In this document: positions 1 through 11,979 of the stretch, in pieces
How the letters are laid out: the number at the start of each line of letters is the position of its first letter
Numbering within the stretch: position 1 is the first letter of the stretch
Assembly: GCA_951406725.2 (NCBI GenBank)
Contig: OX597830.1
Location: 3,844,001-3,908,000 of the forward strand
Direction: 5' to 3'
DNA length: 64,000 nucleotides
Origin: Octopus vulgaris
Taxonomy: Eukaryota
Position numbers and translations under genes: made by a program
The notes under the pieces: model-generated
The model's database searches: none
What the model saw: only the letters and a program-made list of their open reading frames with translations
Told to the model about the DNA's origin: nothing

Positions 1-257
1 TTTGTGAGAGGTGAAAAGGGAGCATGAGTAAATCATCAGAGCAGTATGAAGAAGATATTTCAGAAAATATCTACGTTTGTTTGTTTCTGTTTTGACTAAA
101 ATTTACAGAGGAGCAAAAGTTTTAAATTGTTCAATGAAATTAGTTAAACCATGAGCTACCAGTGAGATGGATGGAAGGAAGTTGTGTCTGATGGTCTGGC
201 TTGCAAACACACTTGGTAAAAAGAATTTCTTCCTCATGAATACTTTTGAAATTATTT

Positions 258-278
258 TGTTGCTGCTGCTGCTGCTGC

Positions 279-334
<56 letters not shown>

Positions 335-347
335 CTGCTGCTGCTGC

Positions 348-390
<43 letters not shown>
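258..390. repeat. (TTG/CTG)n trinucleotide microsatellite
   Basis: Directly visible; explains the poly-Leu and poly-Thr ORFs 167..484 and 252..554. Confidence 0.97.
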
Positions 391-929
391 AGGGAGGAAG
401 GTGAGGATACTATGGGGTCAAGAAAATAATGATAGACTTGTGAAAAGTAACAAAGAAAGAAGAGGCAGAAATGGGAAAATATAAACCAAAAAAATATTAG
501 TGAAATGGAAGAAAAAGTTCTTGTGTTGCCTTTTGGGAATGAAAGATATAACAAGGAAGGAAAACAAATACTGTGGTTTCAGGGGATGAGCTTTTATAAA
601 AGACACACACACACACAGGCTTCTTACCACACAGCCACTATATGTTGCAGGCATTGTATACACAAACATGCATACAGACACACTCACTCTCACATGCACA
701 AACTGTCATAAGCAAACACAAACACACATTTATTTACAATGAAAAAGAAAAAATAAGGAATTGGAGAAATTGTCAATAGAGAAAACGTTTTAGAAAGTAC
801 AACAAAAATATAATTGAAATGGTAAGTATGAATAATTGGGGTGGGTGGGTAGAATAGACAGATTAGTGTCAAGAAATATGCACACACACAAACATACACA
901 CATGCATATAAATATATATATACACACAT

Positions 930-976
<47 letters not shown>

Positions 977-1163
977 TATATTTATATATATATATATATA
1001 CATATATATACACACACACATACACACATATATATATAAATAAATAATTGAGATTCAGATGAATTAGGTACATAAGTTGAAGCACCAAATCAGTGTGGTA
1101 TTGTCTGTAAAACTCAAAGTAAGGTGAATAAAATCAAAATAAGCAACAGGATATCAAGAGGTG

Positions 1164-1251
1164 ATGCAGTACGACCGTTTCAAGTGGCTCCATTTAATTG
1201 AACAATGCAATCATTACATCAATTTAAATGCAGGGCTATCCTCAGCTGCAT
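1164..1251 (-). ncRNA. Type I hammerhead ribozyme motif with extended helix II
   Basis: Minus strand reads atgcag CTGAGGA t-agcc...hairpin...cact-t GAAA c ggtc g TA ctgcat: 6-bp helix I (atgcag/ctgcat), intact CUGANGA and GAAA cores, GUA cleavage triplet. Confidence 0.75.
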
Positions 1252-1310
1252 AAATAAATAAAGAGAAGTTTTAATGTGTCCTGCTGATTAAAAATTTTAT
1301 TTATCTAATT

Positions 1311-1390
1311 ATGCAGCTGAGGATAGCCCAGCATTTGAATTGATGCATTTGTTCAATTAAATGGAGCCGCTTGAAACGATCATACTGCAT
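1311..1390 (+). ncRNA. Type I hammerhead ribozyme motif with extended helix II
   Basis: atgcag (1311-1316), CTGAGGA (1317-1323), helix II agc..catttgaattga/tcaattaaatg..gct, GAAA (1373-1376), c gatc a TA, ctgcat (1385-1390); one helix III mismatch (likely CpG decay). Confidence 0.7.
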
Positions 1391-1419
1391 CATCTCTTGA
1401 TATCCTGTTGCTTATTTTG

Positions 1420-1456
<37 letters not shown>

Positions 1457-1459
<3 letters not shown>

Positions 1460-2238
1460 TGGCAACACTGGTACTCAGGTTGTTCAGGCTTAGCTCCAAG
1501 TATAAATTTATTAAAGTGAATGTGTAATTGCAGGCTGATTTAATTTCTGCCAACACTGACTTGAAGTATGTAATTCCAGCCAATGACTCAGGCTCCCTTT
1601 ATTGAACCTGGTAGCAGTTCATTTATTTTTGTTCAGCTTCTGGCAGTGGTCTTAGAGATGCTCTGTCTCAAAAAATACCATTTGTAGCAAACTTTCTCTC
1701 GATATTGTTCACACATGCCTGACTTGGGCTCAAAAGTTACAGCCCAAGTTGTTATCTATAATTGTAAAAATTAAAAGTAATTCAAATTCAAAATTTTTTT
1801 GAAACAATAAATTTCTGTGAAGATTAAGATTTAAATTCCAATGTATGCAAAGTTTTCTGTCTACAAAAATCTTAAAGGAATGAAAAATTATCCAGCATCT
1901 TGGGCTAATACGAATGAGCCTAGGTGTAAAAGAGTAACTGGCATCTCTTGTCCAAGATGACAGGCGATGGTCAGATCGCTGGTGTTTGTTGTGCACTTTG
2001 CTGTCGTTATATGAATTGCTGTTATTCTGTGTGTCTTTGTGTAAAGATCAGTTGTGTTTTGCAGGGTTGCTTTGTTTTAAACCTTAAATTAGAAATGGAG
2101 AAAGACATAGTGTTAGATATAAAAAAATGAGCCAATTGGGGCCAAAAATAAAGTGGGAAACATGAAATTCTTTGAGCAAGCATGTGCCTCATGAGAAATC
2201 TGTGATTAGCCTGAGTAACACTGATGACCTGGCATCAC

Positions 2239-2243
<5 letters not shown>
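1457..2243. mobile_element. Possible old MITE/DNA transposon inserted in (TA)n
   Basis: Unique segment bounded by (TA)n on both sides; ends cagtggcaacac...tcaggttgttcaggct versus reverse complement cagaggtgatgc...tcagtgttactcaggct form decayed TIRs. Confidence 0.35.
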
Positions 2244-2292
<49 letters not shown>

Positions 2293-3688
2293 CACACACA
2301 AACACACTCATGAATTATTGTTAAATTTTTGCAGTTAATAGATGCACACATATTTATGACATATATGGGCATGCACAAATAAAAACACACACACACCTGG
2401 TTTAAACATGGAGTTGAACACACACAAAGAGTTATGATTTACAAAGGTGTATAAACACATAGATGCACACACATGTCACCATCGTCGTTGTCCTCCTCCT
2501 CCTCCTCATCATTTGTTTGTCCATATTCCCATGTTTGCATGGCTTGGATAAACCCTTTCTCTAACGCAACACCCTCCTCCACTTGTTGCATTCCTTTGTC
2601 ATCTTTTGTATGAAGTTCAGTTTCCTGAGATTAGCCTTCACCATGTTGTCTACCAAAGTCTTCCTTGGTTTTCCTCTTCCATTGGATCGTTTCGCATGAA
2701 TCACCTCACACTTCCTCACCTACATGTTACCTTCCACATGCATTTCATACCAGTGCGTCTGCTGGTATGGACATGTAATGTCCACACACTCACACATACA
2801 CACACAAACATGCACACATTATTTTCCACAGTTAGGTGGTAATCAGGCACAAATTCCTCTTTTGGTCTTTTTCTCCTCCTGCTTTTTTTTATTTTTTAAC
2901 CATTTTGGGTCTAAGAGATACTGCAACTCAATAAAGTGAAGGTAAATTATATAAAAGAGGATTCTGATAAGGACCCTTCAAGGATTTCTTTCCTTTTTGT
3001 TTTCTTTCTTTTTCTGTGTCTTCAAAGGAATATAAATAAATAAACAAGTAAAAAGTAAATCCAAAGCTTGATTATTGCCAGTTCCAGCAGGTAAAATTGA
3101 TTGGAATCAGTTAGGAGAATGTAATTTTACCCTTTTGGGTTGGTGCGAAAGGAAGAGATAACTGACAAAGCTCTAGGAAGAGAAAGATGAAGAGAGAGAG
3201 AGAGAGGGGGGGAAGGAAAGAGAGATAAAAAATATTTGAAGCTGATAAGAAATACAAAGAGGGGATATAAGCACTTAATGAGAACATGGAACTAAATGAA
3301 GACAAAGTCTTGTTTACCAGTTGTTCTCTGCCAAAGTTGTAGACTTTTACAACTTATTATCTGAAAAAAAAAAGAAGGAATTAAAACAAAATAAATAAAA
3401 ACACACACCAATTCTTTAGATAAAATTCTTCACTCAAATTCCTTTCTCCCTCCATATTCAACCTTGAAATTCCATCTAATTCTAATAGCTTGTTAATTTA
3501 TTTTAATTGTCTTTATTGTATTTATTTAGTTTTCTTTTTGTATTTACCAATTTGTAATTTTTGAGATGTTGTCTACTGTTTATTACAGTGTATGTTTTTA
3601 TTCATTTATTTTTAACTTTGTTTTTTAAGGTAGGACAAATTTGGTAAATAGAAACTGCTGAAAGAAACCCATTTTATATATATATATG

Positions 3689-3801
<113 letters not shown>

Positions 3802-4239
3802 GTATGTATGTATATATATATATATATGTATATATAATTCTTAACAAGCCTGGCGGCTATTTGCAACATGAGTGTCTCAAAAGATGCAGATATTCTGTAT
3901 AATATAGCAGCAAGTTTTGACTGGAATGCAGTGACCAGATGCTTCCCATTATGTATGTGCTTTAATGCACCAAGTGCCTATATGAGGGGTTCTCTCAAGG
4001 ATAATAATGCAGTATACAGTGTTCTAAACAAAACATCCATGTTAAGTTGGATATAAAGATTACCGTTAGGAATAAATATATATATAAATATATGTATTTA
4101 TTCCTAGTGAATAAATAAATTATATATATATATAATTATATATATATATATATGTTGTTTCTTCTAATACATAATACCTGTACATCATCTCCAAACCTTC
4201 TAATACACACACACACACACATATATATATACACCCCAA

Positions 4240-4450
4240 TCTCATCCTTTAATGTCCATGCTCTGTGCTGGCATGGGTTGGACAGTTTGACCAGAGTTGG
4301 GTAGCTGAGAAGCTGCACCAGTTTCCAGACTGTTTTGGCTTGGTTTCTATATCTGGATGCCCTTCGTAACACCAACCACTTTACAGTGTGTGCTGCTGGG
4401 TGCTTCTAATGCAGCAGCTGCATGAGTACTTTTATGTGGCACTGGCACAG
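4240..4450 (-). mobile_element. RTE-type 3' end fragment or RTE-tailed SINE
   Basis: tttaatgtcc...gctggcatgggttggacagtttgac...ctggatgcccttcgtaacaccaaccact matches the 3' UTR of the RTE at 8050-8210. Confidence 0.75.
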
Positions 4451-4646
4451 GGCTCCTGTTGGCCAAACCTCTTTGGCAAGGAGGTGGGTGGCATTAACAC
4501 TCCTGCTTTGGCGGATTAGTCTTATTGAGCACAGCAAGGCACCACACACCTTGGTCCTTTGTCCTCTCCTTTGCAAGGTTCAGTGTCCTCAGGCTGCTGA
4601 ATGACCTCAGAACACTCCTCTCTGTCTCTCTCTTTCTCTCTCCCTC

Positions 4647-4691
<45 letters not shown>

Positions 4692-4755
4692 TGATAGTTT
4701 CTCAATAGGTCAGTTTTCAAAACCAGCTTCATCAAAGAAATAAAAGGGTAAATAA

Positions 4756-4790
<35 letters not shown>

Positions 4791-5603
4791 TATCATTCAA
4801 GTGGCACCATTTGCTTGCAGTTTTCTGTGAAAACATGTCTAGCTGTCTGTGCTGAAAGGATGTGGGGAAATGATGTGAAATATTATCTTGTTTGAAAATT
4901 GGTTGGGGTTAGTGACAGGATAAGCATCTGACCATAGAGTATTTAACCCAAAGAGTTTTGTCTGCCTCCTGCAAGCATGCAAAAAAATGGACATTCAAAT
5001 GAAACTGATGATGTTGATGATGATGATGTATATATTTGGTTTTACAAATGGCAGAAAGGTAACTTTGTGTGTGTGTGCTCATGCACTTGCATGCATATAG
5101 GTATATAAATATATTTATGTTTGAAAACAATTTGTAAGAAAAAAAAAAAAATCTGTTATCAGCAAATGGATAAAAAAGAAACAACAACCAACAAGTATCT
5201 GTGATGTCTGAAGAATAAAAGTATGGAAGCCTTTACTGAAATGAAATTAATTCCACTAAATTCGCCAAATCAATTGTGGACTGAATGCTACAAAAGCCTG
5301 AAACATCACTCATGGAATAAAAATCTTCAGGAATACAATATTAAACATTTCATATTTGCTCCAGCTTGGGAGTATGATTAGTTATAGATGTAATGGTTTC
5401 TCTAATTATGTTCATACGCTAATTAAATAGTCAACATCACAGGGGAAAGAGATAAGTTAGAATATAACTTTTATTGAGAAATTCTTTTTCTCTTTGTCTT
5501 CCTCTCTGTCTTTCTCCCTTCCTTTCCACCCCATTCTCTTTCTAACACTCTCTCACTCCCCATCCACATAAACTCCCACCATCTCTTCTATACTTTCTCC
5601 CAG

Positions 5604-5643
<40 letters not shown>

Positions 5644-6656
5644 ACCATACATGTTGAGTACATGGCAGGTGCTGCATGAGAAATGTGAAATAGGGACAAG
5701 AGATGAATTACATCAGCAGTGATTTGAAAAGATCGAAATGAATATTGAATTTGGGACGTACAGTGTTATCATGCAAGAAAAGTTGAGCTCAGGTGAGGGA
5801 GATGAGGCATGAAAGCCTCCAATCAATATATTTAAAAGATATTGATGTACTAGTATTAAATCTATGATTTATTCTTGCTGGGAAATTGCTTTAAGTTTAT
5901 AATGGAAATTACCAGTGTTAGAGGCAAGCCAAAAATGATCTATACTCAAATTAGTATTCGTGTATCTAATATCATCATCATCATCATCATCATCGTCATT
6001 TTTACATCTTGCTAACAAGGGCAGAGGTTAGACTTACTGGGGTAGTATTCTATGGCTGGATGCCCTCCCTTTCACCGACCCTTATTCTTTTATCACACAA
6101 GGAATTAGTGTTTCACTGATCTTGGCATGGAATCATGGAGTCATGGGGTGCATTGTTTATAGATGTAAACAAACACACTTTGATGCATGCATTATCAATG
6201 TGAACACCACTGAAGCAAATACGCTCACACGCTCTCTCTCTCTCTCTCTCCCCCTCTCTCTTATTCTCTTATTCTCTTACACACACATGTATATGGTAAG
6301 CTTCTGTACAGTTTCCAAGTACTAAATTTTTACAAATGAGGTACTGATTAACATGAAGCTATTGAAAAAGACGTGTTCCTTTGATGCCATGTTTTTACAA
6401 TTAATGAATATCAAAAATTTTGTTGAAAATAATTATGAAGTGAAGAAAAGACAACATTAGCATACTGAAAAATATTACAATCACTTATTTTACCACATAT
6501 GGGAGACAACTATGAATTTGTTCCAGTGTAATTAGACTTCATTAGGGAAAGTATAAACTTCATCAAATTTGTTAGTATTAACCTAAATATTATTTTTTAT
6601 GCAGATGGTTATCTGGGTAGCTAACTTCAGTGTTAATTGATCTAGATTGATGTAAA

Positions 6657-7182
6657 TCATCATCATCATCATCATCTTTTAACGTCCGCTTTCCATGCTG
6701 GCATGGGTTGGTCGATTTTGACTGAGGACTGGCAAACCAGATGGCTGCACCAGGCTCCAGTCTTGATTTGGCAGAGTTTCTACAGCTGGATGCCCTTCCT
6801 AACGCCAACCACTCTGAGAGTGTAGTGGGTGCTTTTTACATGCCACCAGCATGGGGCCAGTCAGGCGGTACTGGCAGCAACCTTGCACAAATCTTTTTAC
6901 ACATGCCATCAGCACAGGTGCCAGTAAGGCGACTTTGGTAACGATCACGCTCAAATGGTGCCCTTTTATGTGCCACTGGCACAGAAGCCAGTTGGCTGCT
7001 CTGGCAACGATCACGCTTGGATGGTGCTCTTGGCACCCTACTAGCACGGGCACAAGTGCCAGTAAGGTGACACTGGTAACGATCATGCTCGAATGGTGCC
7101 TTTTAAGTGCCACTGGCACGGAAGCCGGTTAGCTGCACTGTCAATGATCACGCTCGTATGGTGCTCTTTGTACCCTGCCAGC
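6657..7182 (-). mobile_element. RTE-family 3' UTR fragment with (GAT)n tail and internal ~60-75 bp tandem hairpin units
   Basis: (atc)n then tttaacgtccgctttccatgctggcatgggttgg..., homologous to 8030-8420; repeated gccag-N9-10-ctgg / acgatcacgct..atggtgc units. Confidence 0.85.
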
Positions 7183-7418
7183 AAATAAATGTGAATAATA
7201 CATGAAATATTATGGAGTAAGCATGCAGATAAGGATGTCATGTAACAGATTTTTCTAACCCATGCTAGAATGGATCACAAAAATTAGCAGAAAAATATTG
7301 ATGATAATAATCACAAGGTTAATTGCAAATTTTAATTAAACTTTTCCATATTTATGTCACACCCGATTTAATATACTTGCACACGCACAAACACATACAC
7401 ACAGACACACACACACTC

Positions 7419-7457
<39 letters not shown>

Positions 7458-7516
7458 GATAGATAGATAGATAGAAAGACAGATATAAAATATATGCATA
7501 CAATATTAGATATGCA

Positions 7517-7651
7517 ATATATACACAAGGGCACAACATGAGCACCTAACATCGTTAAAAATAGAAGTTAAAAATATTTCTGTGCCACCATATAGTCACA
7601 AGTTAATTTTTAGTGACATTAGGTGCTCATGTAGTGCCCTTGTGTATATAT
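7517..7651. repeat. Inverted repeat (~45-bp arms), MITE-like
   Basis: atatatacacaagggcacaacatgagcacctaa ... ttaggtgctcatgtagtgcccttgtgtatatat; opposite-strand ORFs 7352..7552 and 7613..7807 share LGAHVVPLCIY. Confidence 0.85.
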
Positions 7652-7833
7652 GTAGATAATAACATCCCTATATCTATATCTATATATATATATGTATGTA
7701 TACCATTCTGCTTGAATAATGGATCTGCAGATACAATATCCCTGCATATCTCATGTTTGTTTTCATTCCTCCACTTCACTCTATATTTCATATCTTCTCT
7801 AGAATAACTATTGCTTAACCATTTTCTCACAGC

Positions 7834-7881
7834 GTCTCTGATGAAGGGACATATAAAATATCCTGGAAACAGCTGTAAGAC
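7834..7881 (+). ncRNA. Minimal type I hammerhead ribozyme motif (Penelope-like)
   Basis: gtct CTGATGA (7838-7844) a gggacat-ataaa-atatcct g GAAA (7866-7869) c agct g TA agac: helix I gtct/agac, palindromic helix III ACAGCTGT, GUA triplet. Confidence 0.75.
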
Positions 7882-8031
7882 CTTCTCTTTGTAAATGTTT
7901 TGAAATCTTTCACAGCTTTGGATTTTTTATCTCCTTTTGTTAATTATATATGTATGTGTGTGTGTGTGTGTGTGTGCATGTGTGCGTGTGTGTGTATTTG
8001 TGTGTGTGTATATATATATATATATATGTAT

Positions 8032-10337
8032 CATCATCATCATCATCATCATCGTTTAACGTCCGTTCTCCATGCTAGCATGGGTTGGACGGTTCGACCA
8101 GGGATCTGGGAAGCCAGAAGGCTGCACCAGGCTCCGGTCTTATCTGGCAATGTATCTACAGCTGGATGCCCTTCCTAATGCCAACCATTCCGTGAGTGTA
8201 GTGGGTGCTTTTTACGTGCCACCTGCACTGGTGCCAGGCGAGGCTGGCATCGGCCACGGTCGGATTGGTGCATTTTACGTGCCACCTGCATGGAAGCCAG
8301 TCGAGGCGGCACTGGCTTCGGCCACGATTCGGGTGGTGCTTTTTACGTGCCACCGACACGGAAGCCAGTCGAGGCGGCGCTGGCATCGGCCACGATTCGG
8401 ATAGTGCTTTTTACGTATCTCCAGTCCAGGGGTCCTGGCCTCTGCCAGGTGCTAGTCATAGGATTGGTTCAATTTTGATTCCGATTTCACTTGCCCCAAC
8501 AGGTCTTCGCAAGCAAAGGGGGGTAGGCATAGGTACCTGTCGTCGGATGAGTTTCGATATCGACTTCGCTTGCCTCAACAGGTCTTTGTGTGTCCAAGGG
8601 AGGAAAGGCATGCATAAGTGGGCTGGACTCACTTGTCCTGCCTGGTCTTTTCACGCACAGCATATTTCCAAAGGTCTCGGTCGCTGGTCATTTCCTCAGT
8701 GAGACCTAAAGTTCGAAGGTCGTGCTTCACCACCTCGTCCCAAGTTTTCCTGGGTCTACCTCTTCCACGGGTTACCTCCACTGTTAGGGATTGGCACTTT
8801 TTCACACACCTATCTTCATCCATTCTCGCCACATGACCATACCAGCGCAATCGTCTCTCTTGCACACCACAACTGATGCTCCTTAGGTACAACATTTCTC
8901 TCAGGGTACTAACGCTCTGTCGAGCATGCACACTGACATTACACATCCATCGGAGCATACTGGCTTCATTTCTCGCGAGCTTACGCATGTCCTCAGCAGT
9001 CACGGCCCATGTTTCACTGCCATGTAGCATGGCTGTTCGTACACATGCATCATACAGTCTGCCTTTTACTCTGAGCGAGAGGCCTTTAGTCACCAGCAGA
9101 GGTAAGAGCTCCCTGAACTTTGCCCATGCTATTCTTACTCTAGCCGTTACACTTTCAGCACACCCACCCCCACTACTGACTTGGTTACCAAGATAACGGA
9201 AGCTATCAACTACTTCTAGTTTTTCCCCCTGGAAAGTGATGGAAGTTGTTTTCTGCAGATTTTCAGAGGTTAATGCTCCCGAGCATCTGCCACATACAAA
9301 AACCATCTTCCTCGTTAGCCTTCCTATGACATGGCTGCACCTCTTATGTGTCCATAGCTTACACTTGGTGCATCTTATAGAGTTTCTACCTACACCTTTT
9401 CTACAGATCGAGCAGGGCCATCTACCTGAAGGCGTTTGTGATTTGTCTACATTCCTACTTATTACGACTTTGGTTTTAGCTAGATTGACTCTAAGGCCCT
9501 TCGATTCTAAACCTTGCTTCCACACCTGAAACTTCTTCTCCAGTTCTGATAGTGACTCAGCAATTAGAGCAAGGTCATCAGCATACAGGAGCACCCAGGG
9601 GCCTCGTGTCTTGAATTCCTCTGTTATTGCCTAGAGGACTATGATAAATAGGAGGGGGCTGAGGACTGAGCCTTGGTGGACCCCTACCTCAACCCGGAAT
9701 TCTTCACTGTACTCGTTGCCAACCCTCACCTTACTAGCAGCGTCCCTGTACATGGCTCGGACAGCTCTCACTAACCATTCATCTATTCCTAGTTTCCTCA
9801 TTGACCACCAGATGAGGGATCGGGGGACACTGTCGAAGGCTTTCTCCATGTCAACAAAAGCCAGGTACAGGGGCTTATCTTTGGCTAGGTATTTCTCCTG
9901 CAGCTGCCTTACCAGGAATATAGCATCAGTGGTACTTTTCCCTGGCACGAACCCAAACTGCATCTCATCTAAACTAACTCTCTCTCTAATTAGTTGGCTT
10001 ATGACCCTCTCTGTAACCTTCATCACCTGATCCAACGGCTTGATACCTCCGTAATTATTTGTATCTAGGGCATCACCTTTACCTTTGTAGCAGTTGACTA
10101 TTATGCTGCTACAACAGTCATTGGGTATGACTCCTTTATGTATCACCTGGTTAACTATATGGGTGACTAGGCTATAGCCGACACTACCAGATATTTTGAG
10201 CATCTCTGCAGTGATACCTGATGGGCCTGGGGATTTCCCTGTCTTCATGCTTCTAATTGCCTTAACTAACAAGGAACTATCAACCCTGATAGCTGGTCCC
10301 TCTGTTGGGTCAACGTTCGGCAGACTCTCTTTATCCC
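8032..10337 (-). mobile_element. 5'-truncated RTE-clade non-LTR retrotransposon with ~600-bp 3' UTR and (GAT)n tail
   Basis: RT motifs KSPGPSGI, QFGFVPGKSTTDAIF, FVDMEKAFDSV, GVHQGSVLSPLLF, LLYADD, YLG and RTE C-terminus RRLRWYGHVARM...RGRGRPRKTW; candidate low-complexity TSD ATATATGTAT at 8022-8031 and 10338-10347. Confidence 0.96.
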
Positions 10338-10338
10338 A
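8629..10338 (-). pseudogene. RTE reverse transcriptase ORF, lacking the endonuclease and broken by one in-frame stop
   Basis: ORFs 9631..10272 and 8629..9594 are in the same frame, separated by TAG at 9631-9633 (LFIIVL*AITEEFKTRGPWVLLYADD). Confidence 0.93.
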
Positions 10339-10350
10339 TATATGTATATA

Positions 10351-10658
10351 TCATGTGATCACGTGACCGACCAGGCTATCAGATGTTATTACATATCACT
10401 GGTCACAATGCCCTTCACATTGTTTTAGCCTTCAAATGACGCCACCCCACTGGCTAAGTGAGCAGGCCAACAGAAGAAAGAGTGAGAGAAAGTTGTGGTG
10501 AAAGAGTTCAGCAGGGATCAGCACCGCCCCCTGTTGGAGCCTCGTGGAGCTTTAGGTGTTTTCCCTGAGTAAACACTCACAATGCCCGGTCTGGGAATCA
10601 AAACCACAATCCTGCAACTGCAAGTCCACTGCCCTAATCACTGGGCCATTGCGCCTCC
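10351..10658 (-). mobile_element. tRNA-derived SINE
   Basis: Minus-strand head ggaggcgcaaTGGCCCAGTGattagggcag...GGTTTTGATTCCcagacc with A- and B-box-like motifs at tRNA spacing. Confidence 0.75.
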
Positions 10659-10659
10659 A

Positions 10660-10660
10660 C

Positions 10661-10711
<51 letters not shown>

Positions 10712-10920
10712 CATGTGTATATATATATATATATATATATACATATATATGTATGTATATATGTATGTATGTATGTATATATATATATGTATATATATAT
10801 GTATATATATATATATGTATATATATATGTATATATGTATGTATGTACGTATATATATATGTATATGTATATATATATATGTATATATATATATATGTAT
10901 GTATATATATATATATATAT
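10660..10920. repeat. (TA)n/(TATG)n compound microsatellite
   Basis: Directly visible. Confidence 0.97.
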
Positions 10921-11979
10921 AAGTTATATGTGATTATTGTTGTTATTAGATTAGATTTTGCAGTACGCTTACAAGTAAACTATGTCTTTTATTTCATTTC
11001 ACTAAAATTTATTCATACACAATCAAAAGTTATCTTCCAAATTATGCTATATATATATATATATATATATGTGAAGTTTCCTTCTCAGCATTTGCCTATT
11101 TAATTACAAACCGTCATTCTAAATTGAGAATCGTAGCCAGTTTGAGGATTCAATTGACTTGTTATGACAAAATGCCTTGCTATCAGGCTATATTTAGAAA
11201 ACCGAATCCCAAAATTCAATTCCCATTCTTCAAAAACTGTTAATGCCATTAGGGGTATTACTGATTTCCTTTGCACTTTTAAGGCTACAAAATTCTTTAA
11301 ATCAATGATCTTTGGAAAAAGTTTCTACATCAGTCATGGTTCTGTGAAAGCTTTCAGGTTTACAGGTCTTGGAATTGAGTTGCTTCATCAATAGATTGCA
11401 TTTCGAAGGAGACTAACAGCAAATTACGTTTAAATTCTTTGAAGACGATTTGGTCAGTGACTCATGGTTCCTGCTGTGAGGAGAATTATTACTCTCTCAC
11501 ACATTACCAATCATATATTTCTTTATTTGAGGTATGTTGTTGTTGCTGTTAATGATGTCTAGATCCTTGGTCAGATATGATTATGGCCAAAGGTATTCCA
11601 GCAGTGGCTGTCACACCTGTATTTTTAAACATACTGCATCTAGTACTATATTATCCAATGACTCTTCATTTCTTAGGTGAAGTGTGATTTGAGGAAGATT
11701 TGGCTACTTCAAATAACTGCTATTTCTAGCAAATCAAACAATTATGTTGATGGTCTCCAGTCATCTCTATTAGAAATGAGATTTTATTAAAGTACATTTA
11801 ACCTCAAACTTTTCCAATGTTGATATAATTCTATCCAGACACACTGTACATTTATATATGCACTATGTCAACATAAATGATATCTATATATGACATGTCT
11901 TTCTTTCTCTCTCTCTCTCTCTACTCTCTCTCTCTCTCTATATATATATATGTGTGTGTGTGTGTATACATATATATAT

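Larger units (their letters stand above)
1045..1422. mobile_element. Fold-back non-autonomous element with two inverted hammerhead motifs (Penelope-like pLTR-type), flanked by (TA)n
   Basis: Arms 1132-~1253 and ~1309-1422 are reverse complements (aatcaaaataagcaacaggatatcaagag... / ...ctcttgatatcctgttgcttattttgatt); a related deleted copy lies at 12438-12607. Confidence 0.75.

Noticed and set aside
6826-7182. CRISPR-like repeat-spacer appearance
   Set aside because: Eukaryotic context, no cas genes, variable parts only ~10 nt and recurring; the array is part of an RTE 3' UTR.
10590-10658. tRNA-like sequences here and in other SINE heads
   Set aside because: A/B boxes are present but no complete cloverleaf; they continue into SINE bodies, so no tRNA gene is called.
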